Assembly (NCBI GenBank): GCA_963726055.1
Contig: CAVSAP010000006.1
Coordinates: forward strand, 787,051-851,050
Direction: 5' to 3'
Source: an uncultured Chloroflexia bacterium
Lineage (GTDB): Bacteria; Chloroflexota; Limnocylindria; Limnocylindrales; CSP1-4
Length of the DNA stretch: 64,000 nt
Shown here: positions 8,349-18,656 of the stretch, piece after piece
Numbering within the stretch: position 1 is the first letter of the stretch
Layout of the letters: each line of letters starts with the position of its first letter
The notes under the pieces: generated by a model
What the model saw: the letters and a program-made list of their open reading frames with translations, nothing else
Told to the model about the DNA's origin: nothing
Database searches by the model: none
Translations under genes and position numbers: made by a program

Positions 8349-8878
8349 ATGCGCTCCAGACTCTTGATGGTCGCCGCACTGCTCATCGTCGGTGTCGTCG
8401 TCTTCGCCTGCAGCACGCCAGGCGCATCTGTCGCTCCGAGCGCCACCCCGGCCGCGCCGTCCGTTGCGGCGTCCGAGGAGCCGCCCGCGGCGTCCGAGGA
8501 GCCGCCCGCGGCGTCCGAGGAGCCGTCAGCGGCCGCCGAGGCGACGGTCGAAGTCGGGACGTTCACCGACGGCGAGTTCATCGTCGCCGGGTCGAACCAG
8601 ATGACGGTCTACATCTTCACGAAGGACGTGAAGGACAGCGGCAAGAGCGAGTGCACGGGCGGCTGCCTCGAGACGTGGCCGGCGCTCACGGTCCCGGCCG
8701 GCGCCACGCCGACCGCGGGTTCGGGCGTGACCGGCGACCCTCGGCACGATCACCCGCGAGGACGACGGCACCCTCCAGGTGACGTACAACGGCCTGCCGC
8801 TCTACTTCTTCAAGAACGACGCAGGCTCCGGGCGACCTGAACGGCGTCTACGAGAACTGGGAGGCCGTCGCCCCCTGA
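8349..8878 (+). CDS. Secreted lipoprotein with a PF03640-like 'secreted repeat' core, frameshifted twice near the 3' end
   Basis: Signal/lipobox 'MRSRLLMVAALLIVGVVVFACS'. 'QMTVYIFTKDVKDSGKSECTGGCLETWPAL...LQVTYNGLPLYFFKNDAGSG...DLNGVYENWEAVAP*' is readable only after removing an extra C (8738-8740) and an extra G (8830-8832). Confidence 0.5.
8466..8528 (+). repeat. Three tandem 21-bp repeats (gcggcgtccgaggagccgccc) encoding (AASEEPP)x3 in the lipoprotein linker
   Basis: Seen directly. Confidence 0.8.
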
Positions 8879-8948
8879 CCGGGGATCAGACGAGCCGACC
8901 CGCAACCGGGTCCACCGACGCGCCAGGCGTCCCGGTGGACCCGGTTCT

Positions 8949-9680
8949 TCATGTCCCGGCCGCCCCCGCCGCGGTCGCCCGGATCCGATCGAGCGCCTGC
9001 CCCACCCCGCCCGTCCAGGGCTGACCGTGGCCCGGCAGGAGCAGGCCGGCCTCGATCCCGTCGAGCCGGCTCAGCGAGGCCAGCGCCTCGGCCGGATCGG
9101 CGCGTGAACGGCGCGATCATCGGTCCGGTGGCCCCCGTCGTCACCGCGAGCGTCGCGAGCGTGTCGCCGGCGAACAGCGCGTCGTGGGACGGAACGTGGA
9201 GCGCGGCGCAGCCGGGCGTGTGACCCGGGACGAGGATGACCCGCGGCGCGCCCGGCACGTCGAGCGTCGCACCGTCGCCGTACGTGGCGACCTCGGTCAG
9301 GTGTCGGCGTCCGGAGAGCGCCGTGGGTGATCCCGAACAGCAGGAACCGGAGCATGGGCACGAGGCGCACCGGCGCCCGTCCTGGCCCGGTTCGGCACCT
9401 CGCCTCGCGCGAGCGCCGCGTCGAGCTCGTGGACGCTGACCGGCAGCCCGCGCTCGCGGCGTGCCCGCTCGGCGAATCCGACGTGGTCCGAGTGGCCGTG
9501 GGTCAGGACGATGGCCCGGACGTCCTCGAGGCCGCGGCCCATCGCCGCGAGCTCGGCCGGCAGGTCCGCCCAGTAGCCCGGCACCCCGGCGTCGATGATC
9601 GTGACCTCACCGCTCTCCTCGACGAGGTACGAGTTGACGACGCCGCTCCCGAGCCGATGGATCCGATCGCCGATCTTCAT
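8949..9680 (-). CDS. MBL-fold metallo-hydrolase, frameshifted
   Basis: N-terminus 'MKIGDRIHRLGSGVVNSYLVEESGEVTIIDAGVP...IVLTHGHSDHVGFA' carries the HxHxDH motif. The C-terminal 'VILVPGHTPGCAALHV...LLLPGHGQPWTGG' is in another frame. Confidence 0.5.
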
Positions 9681-9694
9681 GGCTCGAGGGCCTC

Positions 9695-10700
9695 TCAGGG
9701 CCCGGGAGGCGGCGTTCGGCGTTCGATCCGGTCACGATGACGAGGGCCGGACCCTCGAGGGAGCCGTCAGCCGCGGCGGCGAGGATCGCCGCCCACGAGG
9801 CGGCCCCGCCGCCCTCCACGGTCACGCCGAGAGCGGTCGTCAGCTCGGCCTGGGCCTCGCGCAGCGCGTCGTCGGAGACGAGGACCATGTCGTCGACACG
9901 ACCCTCCATCGCCTCGAGCGCGGCGGGGACGGGCACCCGTGTCGCGATCCCGCCGGCCCACGTGTCGGCCGCGTCAGTCTCGATCGGGCGCTTGGCCCGC
10001 CACGACAGCGTCATCGACGGCGCCCGCTCGGACTGGACACCGATGACGCGACACGATGGCAGCGCGTGGCGAAGCCAGGCGCCGACCCCGACGATGAGCG
10101 CCCCGTTGCCGACCGGGACGAACGCGGTCCCCAGCCGGGGGAGCACTCCCCGCTCGGCGCCGTCGGTGACCTCCAGGGCGAGCGTGCCGGCGCCCGTCGC
10201 CACCCACGGATCCTCGCCGTCGACGAGCAGGACCGCGCCCTCCCCCGCCGCGAACCGCTCCGAGGCGGCCCGGGCAGCGTCGAAGTCGCTCCCCTCCTGG
10301 ACGACCGTCGCGCCGAACCGCCGGATCCGCCCGAGCTTCGTCTCGTTCGCATGGTCGTCGGCGAAGACGACGACCGGCACGCCGAACGCCCGACCGGCGA
10401 ACGCGCAGCCCTGGCCGAAGTTACCGGTCGAGGCGACGACGAGCGGCCGGCCCTCCCCCACCCTGCCGTCCTCGGCCAGGTGCCGGACCGCGAGCCATGT
10501 CCCCCGACCCTTGAACGCGCCGATCGGATTCGCGCGTTTCGAGCTTGACGACGACCTCGACGCCGGCTCGCTCGCTCAGCGCCGTCGCTGACGAACTGCG
10601 GGGAGTCGACGAAGGCCGGGTGGATCAGCTCGCGAGCGGCCCGGATCGTCGGCCCGGCGAGCGGCGGACCAAGGGCGCGCGACCTGCTCGTCGGCGGTGT
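9695..10700 (-). CDS. Fold-type II PLP-dependent enzyme (threonine/serine dehydratase-like), N-terminal part frameshifted
   Basis: 'VVASTGNFGQGCAFAGRAFGVPVVVFADDHANETKLGRIRRFGATVV...' matches the PALP family. The upstream segment 'PTIRAARELIHPAFVDSPQF' and '...KLEN..IGAFKGRG' are in shifted frames. Start coordinate is approximate. Confidence 0.45.
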
Positions 10701-10744
10701 CCCAGCGTCGCGCGATCATCGGCCGATGGTCCCACAGTGGACGC

Positions 10745-10975
10745 CGGGCGGCGCGCAGCGTGGCCGGGCCGGGCACAACAAAACGCCCGAAGGAACCTTC
10801 GATCACTAGATGCTCCGACCAATACAAGTACCAGTCGGATCACTAGATGTTCGAGGCCCCTTCAGGCAAGACCTACGATACGGGGCGGACCTTGCGTCTG
10901 CCTAGTGGGTTATCCACGACTTATCGCATTCACGCGTCGATTTCTGGAGGCTTGTCCACAGCCTTCCCACGATCG
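10745..10975 (-). repeat. Conserved intergenic 5'-leader element, copy 1
   Basis: It shares blocks with 11625-11835 at conserved spacing: a 30-nt identical block gccgggcacaacaaaacgcccgaaggaacc, plus ggccccttcaggcaagacctac, cctag(t)gggtttatccacgact, ttgtccacag and ttcccacga. Confidence 0.6.
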
Positions 10976-10997
10976 TCGCGGATGACGCGACAAGGTG

Positions 10998-11568
10998 CTA
11001 GCGGGCCGAGCTCGCGTACGTGACGGTCCCGGCGTCGGGCTCGAAGTACGCCCGCGGCACAGCGTCCGGGTCATGACCGAAGAAGACGAGCTCCCAGACC
11101 GGTCCGTCGATGCCCTGCTGGCTGTGAATGTCCCCGGGAGGGTCCTCGAGGAACATCACGTCGCCGGCTCCCAGTTCGACCTCCTGGGCCAGCGCGAGTC
11201 GTGCATGGTCGGGGTCCGAACCATCGTCGAGCCGAGCCCACTTCAGATACCGATCTCGGCCCCGGATCACGCACACGATGCCCCACGAGTTGTGGTTGTG
11301 GACGGGCGTCGGGGCGTCCGCCGGAAAGCGGGCGAGCATGAGCACGGGGCCATCCGTCGTCCGAGCGAGGACCGGTGGCCGCGGCGCCGGCACCGTGGAG
11401 ACTCGAGAGGACCGTCTCGTTACCCACGAAGACTTCGGTCCCAAGCCTGCGAACGGCGTCAGCGATCGTCTCCCGCGTCGTGGCGGTATGTCCCGTCCGT
11501 CCCGAGGAGGCCGCTTGCCCAGGCAACAAGGGCCGCGGCTTTCGTGGCGAGTTCGGCGTCGTCATCCA
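10998..11568 (-). CDS. Cupin-fold protein (cysteine-dioxygenase-like), frameshifted
   Basis: 'MDDDAELATKAAALVAWASGLL...' then a frame switch to '...MLARFPADAPTPVHNHNSWGIVCVIRGRDRYLKWARL...GDVMFLEDPPGDIHSQQG'. This is a metal-binding cupin pattern. Confidence 0.45.
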
Positions 11569-11624
11569 TCGCGACGTTCCTCGGGGTGGCATGGAGGTTG
11601 ATCGGCCGCGTCCCGCGCCCCCGC

Positions 11625-11835
11625 GGCTGCCGGGCACAACAAAACGCCCGAAGGAACCTCGCTTTCGTAGCCTCCAACACTAATGCAAGCACCAGCGTCG
11701 TCGCTTTCGAACTCGTGGCCCCTTCAGGCAAGACCTACATTAGGGCCGGGTCCGACCGGTGCCTAGGGGTTTATCCACGACTTTCGAATCTTGCGACTTC
11801 ATTTCGAGAACGTTGTCCACAGGTTCCCACGACAG
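11625..11835 (-). repeat. Conserved intergenic 5'-leader element, copy 2
   Basis: See copy 1. The 30-nt block lies about 60 nt upstream of the cupin ATG at 11568. Confidence 0.6.
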
Positions 11836-11868
11836 GTTCCGGACCGACCCCGAGACGAACCCGGCCAG

Positions 11869-12426
11869 TCACTCCTCGAGCGGCCAGCTCTTGCCCTCGT
11901 CGAGCACAGGCAATCCGTGATCGTCGACCCGCAGCGGCTCGCGGTCGCCGAATCGCCATTTGGCGGCGGCCACGCGCTCGACCCGGATCGGCCCGAACTC
12001 CGGCTGCAGGGTCAGTGGCCCGAAGACCACGCCCGGCACGCTCGTTGACGACCACACGGCGGCCGCTCGTCGCAGCAGTTCGGCCGCGGCGACCTGGCAG
12101 ATCGTCGATCCCTCGAGCAGGACGATCCCATCGGCATCCCAGGGTTCGCCCGCGACGTGCTCGATCCCGTCCGACACGATGACGTTGCCGTGGAGCGTGC
12201 CGTCGGCCTCTGGGTGCAGCGTCATCAGCCCCGACGGCGTTCCGAGCTCGAGGTGCGTGAAGCGACCGTCGGAGCCGGTCTCGAGGAGCAGCGAGCTCAC
12301 GACGCTGTCGTCGCGATACCGGACTTCGCGCCAGCGCCGCCCGCGTCGACCCTCCGCGACCGACCAGGTGACCCACCAGCTCTCGGCGTCGCGTCCGCGA
12401 CCGGCCCGGCGCAGCCAGTCGGGCAT
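11869..12426 (-). CDS. Hypothetical protein
   Basis: 185-aa ORF in a coding-like frame. Resemblance to DUF1089 is recalled from memory only. Confidence 0.35.
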   Translation of the reverse strand: MPDWLRRAGRGRDAESWWVTWSVAEGRRGRRWREVRYRDDSVVSSLLLETGSDGRFTHLELGTPSGLMTLHPEADGTLHGNVIVSDGIEHVAGEPWDADGIVLLEGSTICQVAAAELLRRAAAVWSSTSVPGVVFGPLTLQPEFGPIRVERVAAAKWRFGDREPLRVDDHGLPVLDEGKSWPLEE

Positions 12427-12429
12427 CGG

Positions 12430-13761
12430 TCAGGAGTCGCCCGGGCCGGACCCGTTCGACGACACGAGCGACTCCGACCAGCGTGCGGCCGTCGCCTCGA
12501 GCTCGCCCGCGAGGACGGGCGCGGCCCGACCGTGGACCCGAACATCCTGGTTGCCGTAGTCGAGTTCGACCGTGCCCCGCTCGCGCGTCCGGGCGAGGAG
12601 CTCGCCGGCCGTGTACGGGACGCGGACGTCGACCTCGACCCAGAGCGATGCGAGAAGCGCCGCGATCTCGGCGCGGAGCGTGTCGAGCCCGAACCCGGTC
12701 AGGGCGCTGACCAGGACGCTCCCCGCGAGCGCCGGCGCCGGGGCGTCACCGTCGCGAGCGGCCGCCTCGACGAGATCGGCCTTGTTGAACGCCACGAGTC
12801 GCGGCTTGTCGCCGGCACCCAGCTCGTCGAGGACGGTCTGGACGGTCGTGCGGTGCTCGCGCAGGTGCGGATCCGAGGCGTCGACGACCTCGATGAGCAC
12901 ATCCGCCCGGTTGACCTCCTCGAGCGTCGCCCGGAACGCGTCGACGAGCTGGTGCGGCAGCTTGTGGATGAAGCCGACGGTGTCGGTCACGATCGCCGTC
13001 TGGCCGTCGCCGAGCTTGACCTGGCGGGAGGTCGGGTCGAGCGTCGCGAAGAGCATGTCCTCGGCCCGCGCGACCTCGCTGCCGACGAGCGAATTGAGGA
13101 GCGTCGACTTGCCGGCGTTGGTATAGCCGACGATGCCGACCGTCGGGATGAGCCGCCGGTCCCGGCCGCGAGCCGCCGTCGACCGCTGCTGGCGGACCTG
13201 CTCGACGCGCTCCTTCATCTTGGAGATCCGGGTTCGGATGATCCGTCGGTCGGTCTCGAGCTGGCTCTCGCCGGGTCCGCGGGAGCCGATGCCGCCCTGG
13301 GTCCGCGAGAGGTGTGTCCACAGCTTCGTCAGGCGCGGGAGCTGGTACTCGAGCTGGGCGAGCTCCACCTGGAGCCGGCCCTCGTGGGTCTGGGCGTGGA
13401 GGGCGAAGATGTCGAGGATCAGCCGGCTTCGATCGATCACCTTCACGTTGAGCAGGCTCTCGAGCGCCTTCTGCTGGCTCGGCGAGAGCTCGTCGTCGGC
13501 GACGAGGAGGTCAAAGCCGGTCTCGCTCTTCGCCTTGGCGAGCTCCTCGGCCTTGCCCTTGCCGACATACCAGTTCGGATCGATGTGGCGGCGGTTCTGC
13601 CATTCGGCCCCGACGACTTCCGCGCCCGCGGTCGTCGCGAGGTTGGCGAGCTCGCCGAGCGAATCCTCGGCGGACCAGCCCGAATCATCGCCGGTGTCGA
13701 CGGCGAGGAGGAATGCCTTCTCCGCGGGCGGAGCGAGGTCGATCAGGGTTCTGCTTGGCAC
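12430..13761 (-). CDS. hflX: GTPase HflX
   Basis: 443 aa with the HflX N-domain and G-domain ('GYTNAGKSTLLN', 'DTVGF', 'NKAD'). Confidence 0.8.
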   Translation of the reverse strand: MPSRTLIDLAPPAEKAFLLAVDTGDDSGWSAEDSLGELANLATTAGAEVVGAEWQNRRHIDPNWYVGKGKAEELAKAKSETGFDLLVADDELSPSQQKALESLLNVKVIDRSRLILDIFALHAQTHEGRLQVELAQLEYQLPRLTKLWTHLSRTQGGIGSRGPGESQLETDRRIIRTRISKMKERVEQVRQQRSTAARGRDRRLIPTVGIVGYTNAGKSTLLNSLVGSEVARAEDMLFATLDPTSRQVKLGDGQTAIVTDTVGFIHKLPHQLVDAFRATLEEVNRADVLIEVVDASDPHLREHRTTVQTVLDELGAGDKPRLVAFNKADLVEAAARDGDAPAPALAGSVLVSALTGFGLDTLRAEIAALLASLWVEVDVRVPYTAGELLARTRERGTVELDYGNQDVRVHGRAAPVLAGELEATAARWSESLVSSNGSGPGDS

Positions 13762-13827
13762 GGCGGAAGGATACCCGGAGCGAACTTCGCGTGACTGAGA
13801 GCCCGTAGCCGATTGTCGCCGGACGAA

Positions 13828-14350
13828 TCAGCAGTCGAACGCAAACCAGCACAACGCGTTGCGCAGCCGCTGGTCGTCGAGGACGAGATCTCGGATCTCG
13901 TGCTGGGAGTCGGGCGCGCTGCCACTGGCACTCCAGGCGCGCCGGCCGCCTCGCGCTCCTCTTCAGCCGCTGCCGCCCGCGCGGCCCTGATCGCGTACGC
14001 CGCAGCACCGAGTTCGATGGGCCGCCACATGGCCGCACCGCCGCGGCCTGGCCGGCAGCGTACGGCGGCATGCCGTGCCGCTCCACTCAGGTCTCTGGCC
14101 GCGGCGTTCGCATGGCCGGCCGCCGTGCGGGCCTCTGCCCACGTGATCTCCACCTCGCGCCCAGGCACGCCACGAGATCGATCGCCCGACGGGGACGGTC
14201 GTCCTTCGGCCGTGCCTCCTCGAAGTGGTGCAGCGCGTGCTCCGCGCAGTCAGCCGCCCACACCGCGAGAAGACGATGAACGTCGTCCTGGAGGGTGCCG
14301 CCGCGACGCACGGTGATGAACCGCGGATCCCGGACCTTGGGGAGGATCAC
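13828..14350 (-). CDS. Conserved hypothetical protein, frameshifted about twice
   Basis: 'MILPKVRDPRFITVRRGGTLQDDVHRLLAVWAADCAEHALHHFEEARP', then 'AAGHANAAARDLSGAARHAA', 'LGAAAYAIRAARAAA' and 'RLECQWQRARLP...LVLDDQRLRNALCWFAFDC*' in other frames. Confidence 0.35.
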
Positions 14351-15270
14351 AAGTGCTCGATGAGCGTCCGCGCCACGGCGAGTGCCTTCGGCAGTGGGTC
14401 ATCGGTGGCGTCGAGCCAGTCGATCCCGGGCTCTGAGCGGAACCACGTTCGCTGGCGCTTCGCGAAGCCGACGTTCCGGCGCGCGTCCTCGGCGATCGCC
14501 GCCTCGATGGTCAGCGTGCCGTCGATGACCGCCCACGCCTCGCGATAGCCGATCGCGGAGAACGCGGGCAGGGTCGGGTCGAAGCGCTCCCGGAGCGACG
14601 CGGGCCTCGTCGACCAGACCGGCATCGAACTGGGCTCGGGCACGGGCCGCGATCCATTCGCGATGCGTCGGCGTGATCGAGGGTCAGACCGATCCAGCGC
14701 GTCGGCCCGTCGTAGCCGCGCGGCGGCGGTGTCTCGCGGTCGCCCTCGAGCTCCGCGATCTCGAGCGCCCGGACGACGCGGCGCGGGTTGCGGAGGTCGG
14801 TTCGGGCGGCGCGACCGGGCGCGGCGGCCTGGAGCCGCGCGACGAGCGGCTCGAGGCCGTCGCGCACGAGGTCCGCTTCGAGCGAGGCCCGCACGGCCGG
14901 GTCGGACGGCAGCGCGGCAGTGTCGATCCCGCGGGCCACCGCCCGCAGGTAGAGCCCCGTCCCGCCGACGAGGATCGCGAGCCCGCCGCGCGCCGGCGAT
15001 CCCGTCGAGGGCCTCGCGGGCGTGCGCCGCGAAGTCGGCGAGCGTGAACGGCTGGTCCGGGTCGACGAGGTCGAGCCCATGGTGCGGCACGCCGGCTCGA
15101 TCGGCCGCGGACGCCTTGGCGGTCCCGATGTCGAGCCCGCGGTAGACCTGGCGCGAGTCGGCCGAGATGATCTCGGCGGGGACGCCCTCGGCGGCGAGCG
15201 CCTGGGCGAGGCGGATCGACAGGCCGGTCTTGCCGGTCGCCGTGGCGCCGGCGATGACGAGGAGCGGTGG
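14347..15270 (-). CDS. miaA: tRNA dimethylallyltransferase MiaA, frameshifted
   Basis: P-loop 'LLVIAGATATGKT' near 15250, then 'ILVGGTGLYLRAV' and the C-terminus '...FAKRQRTWFRSEPGIDWLD' in different frames. Confidence 0.6.
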   Translation of the reverse strand, partial: PPLLVIAGATATGKTGLSIRLAQALAAEGVPAEIISADSRQVYRGLDIGTAKASAADRAGVPHHGLDLVDPDQPFTLADFAAHAREALDGIAGARRARDPRRRDGALPAGGGPRDRHCRAAVRPGRAGLARSGPRARRPRAARRAAPGRRARSRRPNRPPQPAPRRPGARDRGARGRPRDTAAARLRRADALDRSDPRSRRRIANGSRPVPEPSSMPVWSTRPASLRERFDPTLPAFSAIGYREAWAVIDGTLTIEAAIAEDARRNVGFAKRQRTWFRSEPGIDWLDATDDPLPKALAVARTLIEHL

Positions 15271-15274
15271 AGCG

Positions 15275-16901
15275 TCACGCCCCGACGAGCGCTGCCTCGG
15301 AGTGCGTACGGACCGGCGTGATCGACTCGGACGCGGACGCGTTCGACCGAGCAGGTCCGGCTCGCCGGCAGGTGGACGAGCTTGTTCTGGCGCGAGCGCC
15401 CCGAGACCGTCGAGCGCGTCGGCGATCGAGGGCTCCGCTTCGTGGTCGTGGCTCCGCGGCGGCGGCGACCGTGTCGACGAGGACCTCGACTTCGCGCCCG
15501 AGCCACGCCTCGTTCCGCTCCAGCCCGATCGCTTCCTGGACCGCGAGCAGCTCGTTCAGGCGGCGGCGCTTGACGTCGGCCGGCACGTCGTCGGCGAGGT
15601 GCGTCGCCGGCGTCCCCGGCCGCTCGGAGTACGCCGCCGCGAACACCTGGTCGTAGCGGACGGTCTCGAGGAGCCGCAGCGTCGCCTGGAACTGCGCCTC
15701 CGTTTCGCCGCAGAAGCCGACGATGACGTCGGTCGAGATCGCGATGCCCGGGACGGCGTCGCGGATCCGGGCGAGTCGTTCGAGATAGTGCTCGATCGTG
15801 TACTGGCGTCCCATCCGCCGCAGGACCGCGTCGTCGCCCGACTGGACCGGCAGGTGGAGGTGCTCGCAGACCGACGGGCAGTCGGCCATCGCGGCGATCA
15901 GCCGGTCCGACAGGTCCCACGGGTGCGACGTGACGAAGCGCAGCCGCTCGATGGCGGGCTTCCCGTCCGCGGTCCGGATTCCGTCGATCGCCCGGATGAG
16001 CTCGGCCAGGTCGGGCCGGCCGTGGAGATCGAGGCGGCGACCGGCCCAGCGCTCGGCGTCGACGTGGGCGAAGCGCGGGTCCGGGGCGAGATCGTGGCCA
16101 TAGGAGTTGACGTTCTGGCCGAGGAGCGTGACCTCGCGATAGCCGGCCGCGGCGAGCGAGCGCGCCTCGTCGACGATCTCGTCGAACGGCCGGCTCCGCT
16201 CCGGGCCGCGGCTGAACGGGACGATGCAGTACGTACACGTCTTGTCGCAGCCGTAGATGATCGGCAGCCAGGCGCTCGTCGCCGAGCCGCGCGCCACGGC
16301 GCCAGTCGCAACCGCCTGGGAGCGGGTCGCCGCGAGGTGGTCGGCGACGCCGACGATCGACCTTCCGACCGTGGTCGTCGCCCCGACGATCCCGACCGGG
16401 GCCTGCGCCGAGGCAAGCCCGAGCCGATCGACGAGCTCCGGCTCCTCGTCGGGCCGAAGGAACAGATCGACCGCCGGATAGCGCTTCTTCAGGCCCGCCC
16501 GGTCCGGTTCGCGGACCGAGCAGCCCGTCATGACGATCCGTAGCGACGGATTGGCCGCCTTCAGCCGGCCGAGATGACCCTGGCGGCCGATCACCTTCTG
16601 TTCGGCGGCCTCGCGGATCGCGCAGGTATTGATGACGATGAGGTCCGCCTCGTCGAGCGTCGGCGCCTCCTCGCAGCCTGCGACGAGCAGCCGGCCGGCC
16701 ATCTCCTCGGAGTCGCTCCGGTTCATCTGGCAGCCGAGCGTCCAGACGTGGAACCGCGGCAGCGTCCGTGACTCCGGCCGGTACTCGGTGAGGCGGGCGT
16801 CGGCGGGCTCGGGAGCGGTCGATCCGCTCGGGGCGCCCGGCGAGCGGTGCGAGGTCGAGGACCGGAAGGGCTCGGCGCGATGGGCTTGCGAGGTCTGTCA
16901 C
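15275..16901 (-). CDS. miaB: tRNA-i6A37 methylthiotransferase MiaB, N-terminal frameshift
   Basis: 'VWTLGCQMN', radical-SAM 'CDKTCTYCIVP' and a TRAM domain. The ATG at 16901 is in a frame shifted from the body. Confidence 0.75.
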
Positions 16902-16966
16902 GATCGGGCTGATCGTAGCCGCATCGCACGCGACGCGGCGACTCGGCGAGAATAGGCAGATGGAAC

Positions 16967-17725
16967 GTGCTGACGAATCCCGAGATCTGGATCTCGCTCC
17001 TGACCCTCACCGTGCTCGAGATCGTCCTCGGCATCGACAACATCGTGTTCATCTCGGTCCTGACCTCGAGCCTGCCGCGCGAGCAGCAGGCCCGGGCGCG
17101 GCACGATCGGCCTCGGGCTGGCGCTGGTCATGCGGATCCTCCTGCTGCTGACGATCTCGTGGGTCATCGGGCTGACCGCGCCGCTGTTCACGATCGCCGG
17201 GCATGGAGTTCTCCGGCCGTGACCTGATCCTCATCGGCGGCGGCCTGTTCCTCCTGGCCAAGGCGACGACCGAGATCCACGAGGGGCTCGAGGGCGGTGG
17301 TCACAGGCCCGGCGACGGCGTCGAAGGCGATCAGCTTCCGCGGCGTCCTGATCCAGATCGTGCTGCTCGACGTCGTCTTCTCGCTCGACTCGGTCATCAC
17401 CGCGGTCGGCATGGCCGACGAGATCCTCGTCATGATCGCCGCGGTCGTCATCGCGATCGGCGTGATGCTCGTCGCCGCCGGCCCGCTGTCGAGGTTCATC
17501 GAGGCGCATCCGACGGTCAAGATGCTGGCGCTGAGCTTCCTGCTCCTCATCGGGATGTCGCTCGTCGCCGACGGCCTCGACCTCCACATCCCGAAGGGCT
17601 ACATCTACTTCGCGATGGGCTTCTCGATCTTCGTCGAGGTGCTCAACCTGCGGGTTCGGGCTCGCGGCGAACCAGTCCACCTTCGGCCGCTACGTCGAGG
17701 AGCCGACCGAGCCGCGGAACCTAGC
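16967..17725 (+). CDS. TerC-family integral membrane protein, about 3 frameshifts
   Basis: GTG start. '[17 protein letters not shown]', '...[27 protein letters not shown]' and '[29 protein letters not shown]...' are each in a different frame. Confidence 0.6.
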
Positions 17726-18580
17726 CCCGCAGCGCCGCCACAGCGGCCAGCAGGCCGCTGCCGACCGAGTCCGGGACGTGGAGTGCGGCGTAGGCCTCCG
17801 CGTACGGCATCAGGTCGCCGTGGTAGTCCGAGCCGCCGGTGGCCACGAGTCCGACGGTCCTGGCCACGGCCGCCACCATCGTGACCGTGTCCCGGTCGAA
17901 CGAGCGGTAGTAGACCTCGAGGCCGCCCAGGCCGACCTCCCTGAGCTCGCGCAGGAGCGGAATGCTGGCGCGGGCGCCTCCGAGAAGTGGGCGAGCACCG
18001 GCAGCCCCCGCGCCGCGCGGATCGTCGCGATCGCATCGCGCGGCCCGAGGCCCTCGCGGGGCACGTATGCCGGGCGAACCCCAGCCGAGCAGGCGCCGGA
18101 ACGCGTCCTCGACGCTCGTCGGCGAAGCCCGCCGCGACCAGCGCTCGCGCGATCGTCGGACGACCGAGCGCGTCGTCCCGCGTCATGTCCATCGCCCCGA
18201 CCTGCGCGTCGATCGGCAGCCCGATCTCGGCGAGTCGAGCCACGGTCCGGTCGAACCGGAGGCGCCGGGCAGCTCGCTGACGGCCGAGGGCGGCCTCGAA
18301 GGCCTCGTCGGTCTCGTCCATGCCGAAGCCGAGGATGTGGAGCTCGCCGTCAAGCAAGCGGGATGTCGCGCGAGATCGCGTTGATCTCGACGCCCGAGAT
18401 GAGCTCGAGCCCCGCGGGAATGGCACCCGGCGTGCCCGTCAGCTCGCGGTAGGCCGCCAGCGAGTCGTGGTCCGTGATCGCGAGATAGCGCACGCCGGCG
18501 GCCGCAACGTCACGGACAAGCTCGGACGGCTCGAGGATCCCGTCGGATCGGGTCGTGTGGGTGTGGAGGTCGACGATCGA
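17720..18580 (-). CDS. PHP-domain phosphoesterase, frameshifted
   Basis: '[16 protein letters not shown]...' near 18570 and the C-terminal '[34 protein letters not shown]' are PHP motifs. Boundaries are approximate. Confidence 0.5.
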
Positions 18581-18656
18581 TGTACCGCCCCCGACGAGCG
18601 CCCCCGGCGGCCCCGCGTGCCGGCCTCGCGGCCGCGCCGGCTTCGGCGACTCGATG

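Noticed and set aside
12157-13794. A 545-aa plus-strand ORF antisense to hflX. Similar Arg/Pro-rich antisense ORFs include 4911-6173, 9595-10548, 10995-12182, 15167-16543, 17605-18426, 46539-47825 and 50074-52359.
   Set aside because: They show low-complexity Arg/Ala/Pro composition and no recognisable domains. Each lies opposite a gene with clear homology, the classic GC-rich shadow-ORF pattern.
14511-16901. A 796-aa ORF. Similar giant ORFs lie at 18439-20769 (776 aa), 25339-27618 (759 aa), 36728-39259 (843 aa) and 49795-53358 (1187 aa).
   Set aside because: These are frame-fusions of adjacent genes (miaA+miaB; ymdB+rny; tgt+ruvB; hisD+hisC; pheT+pheS). In a 70% GC genome wrong frames stay open, and the frameshifts merge neighbours. 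They were split according to recognisable protein motifs.
16902-16966. Possible yybP-ykoY (Mn2+) riboswitch upstream of terC.
   Set aside because: The spacer is only 65 nt and lacks the conserved riboswitch helices.
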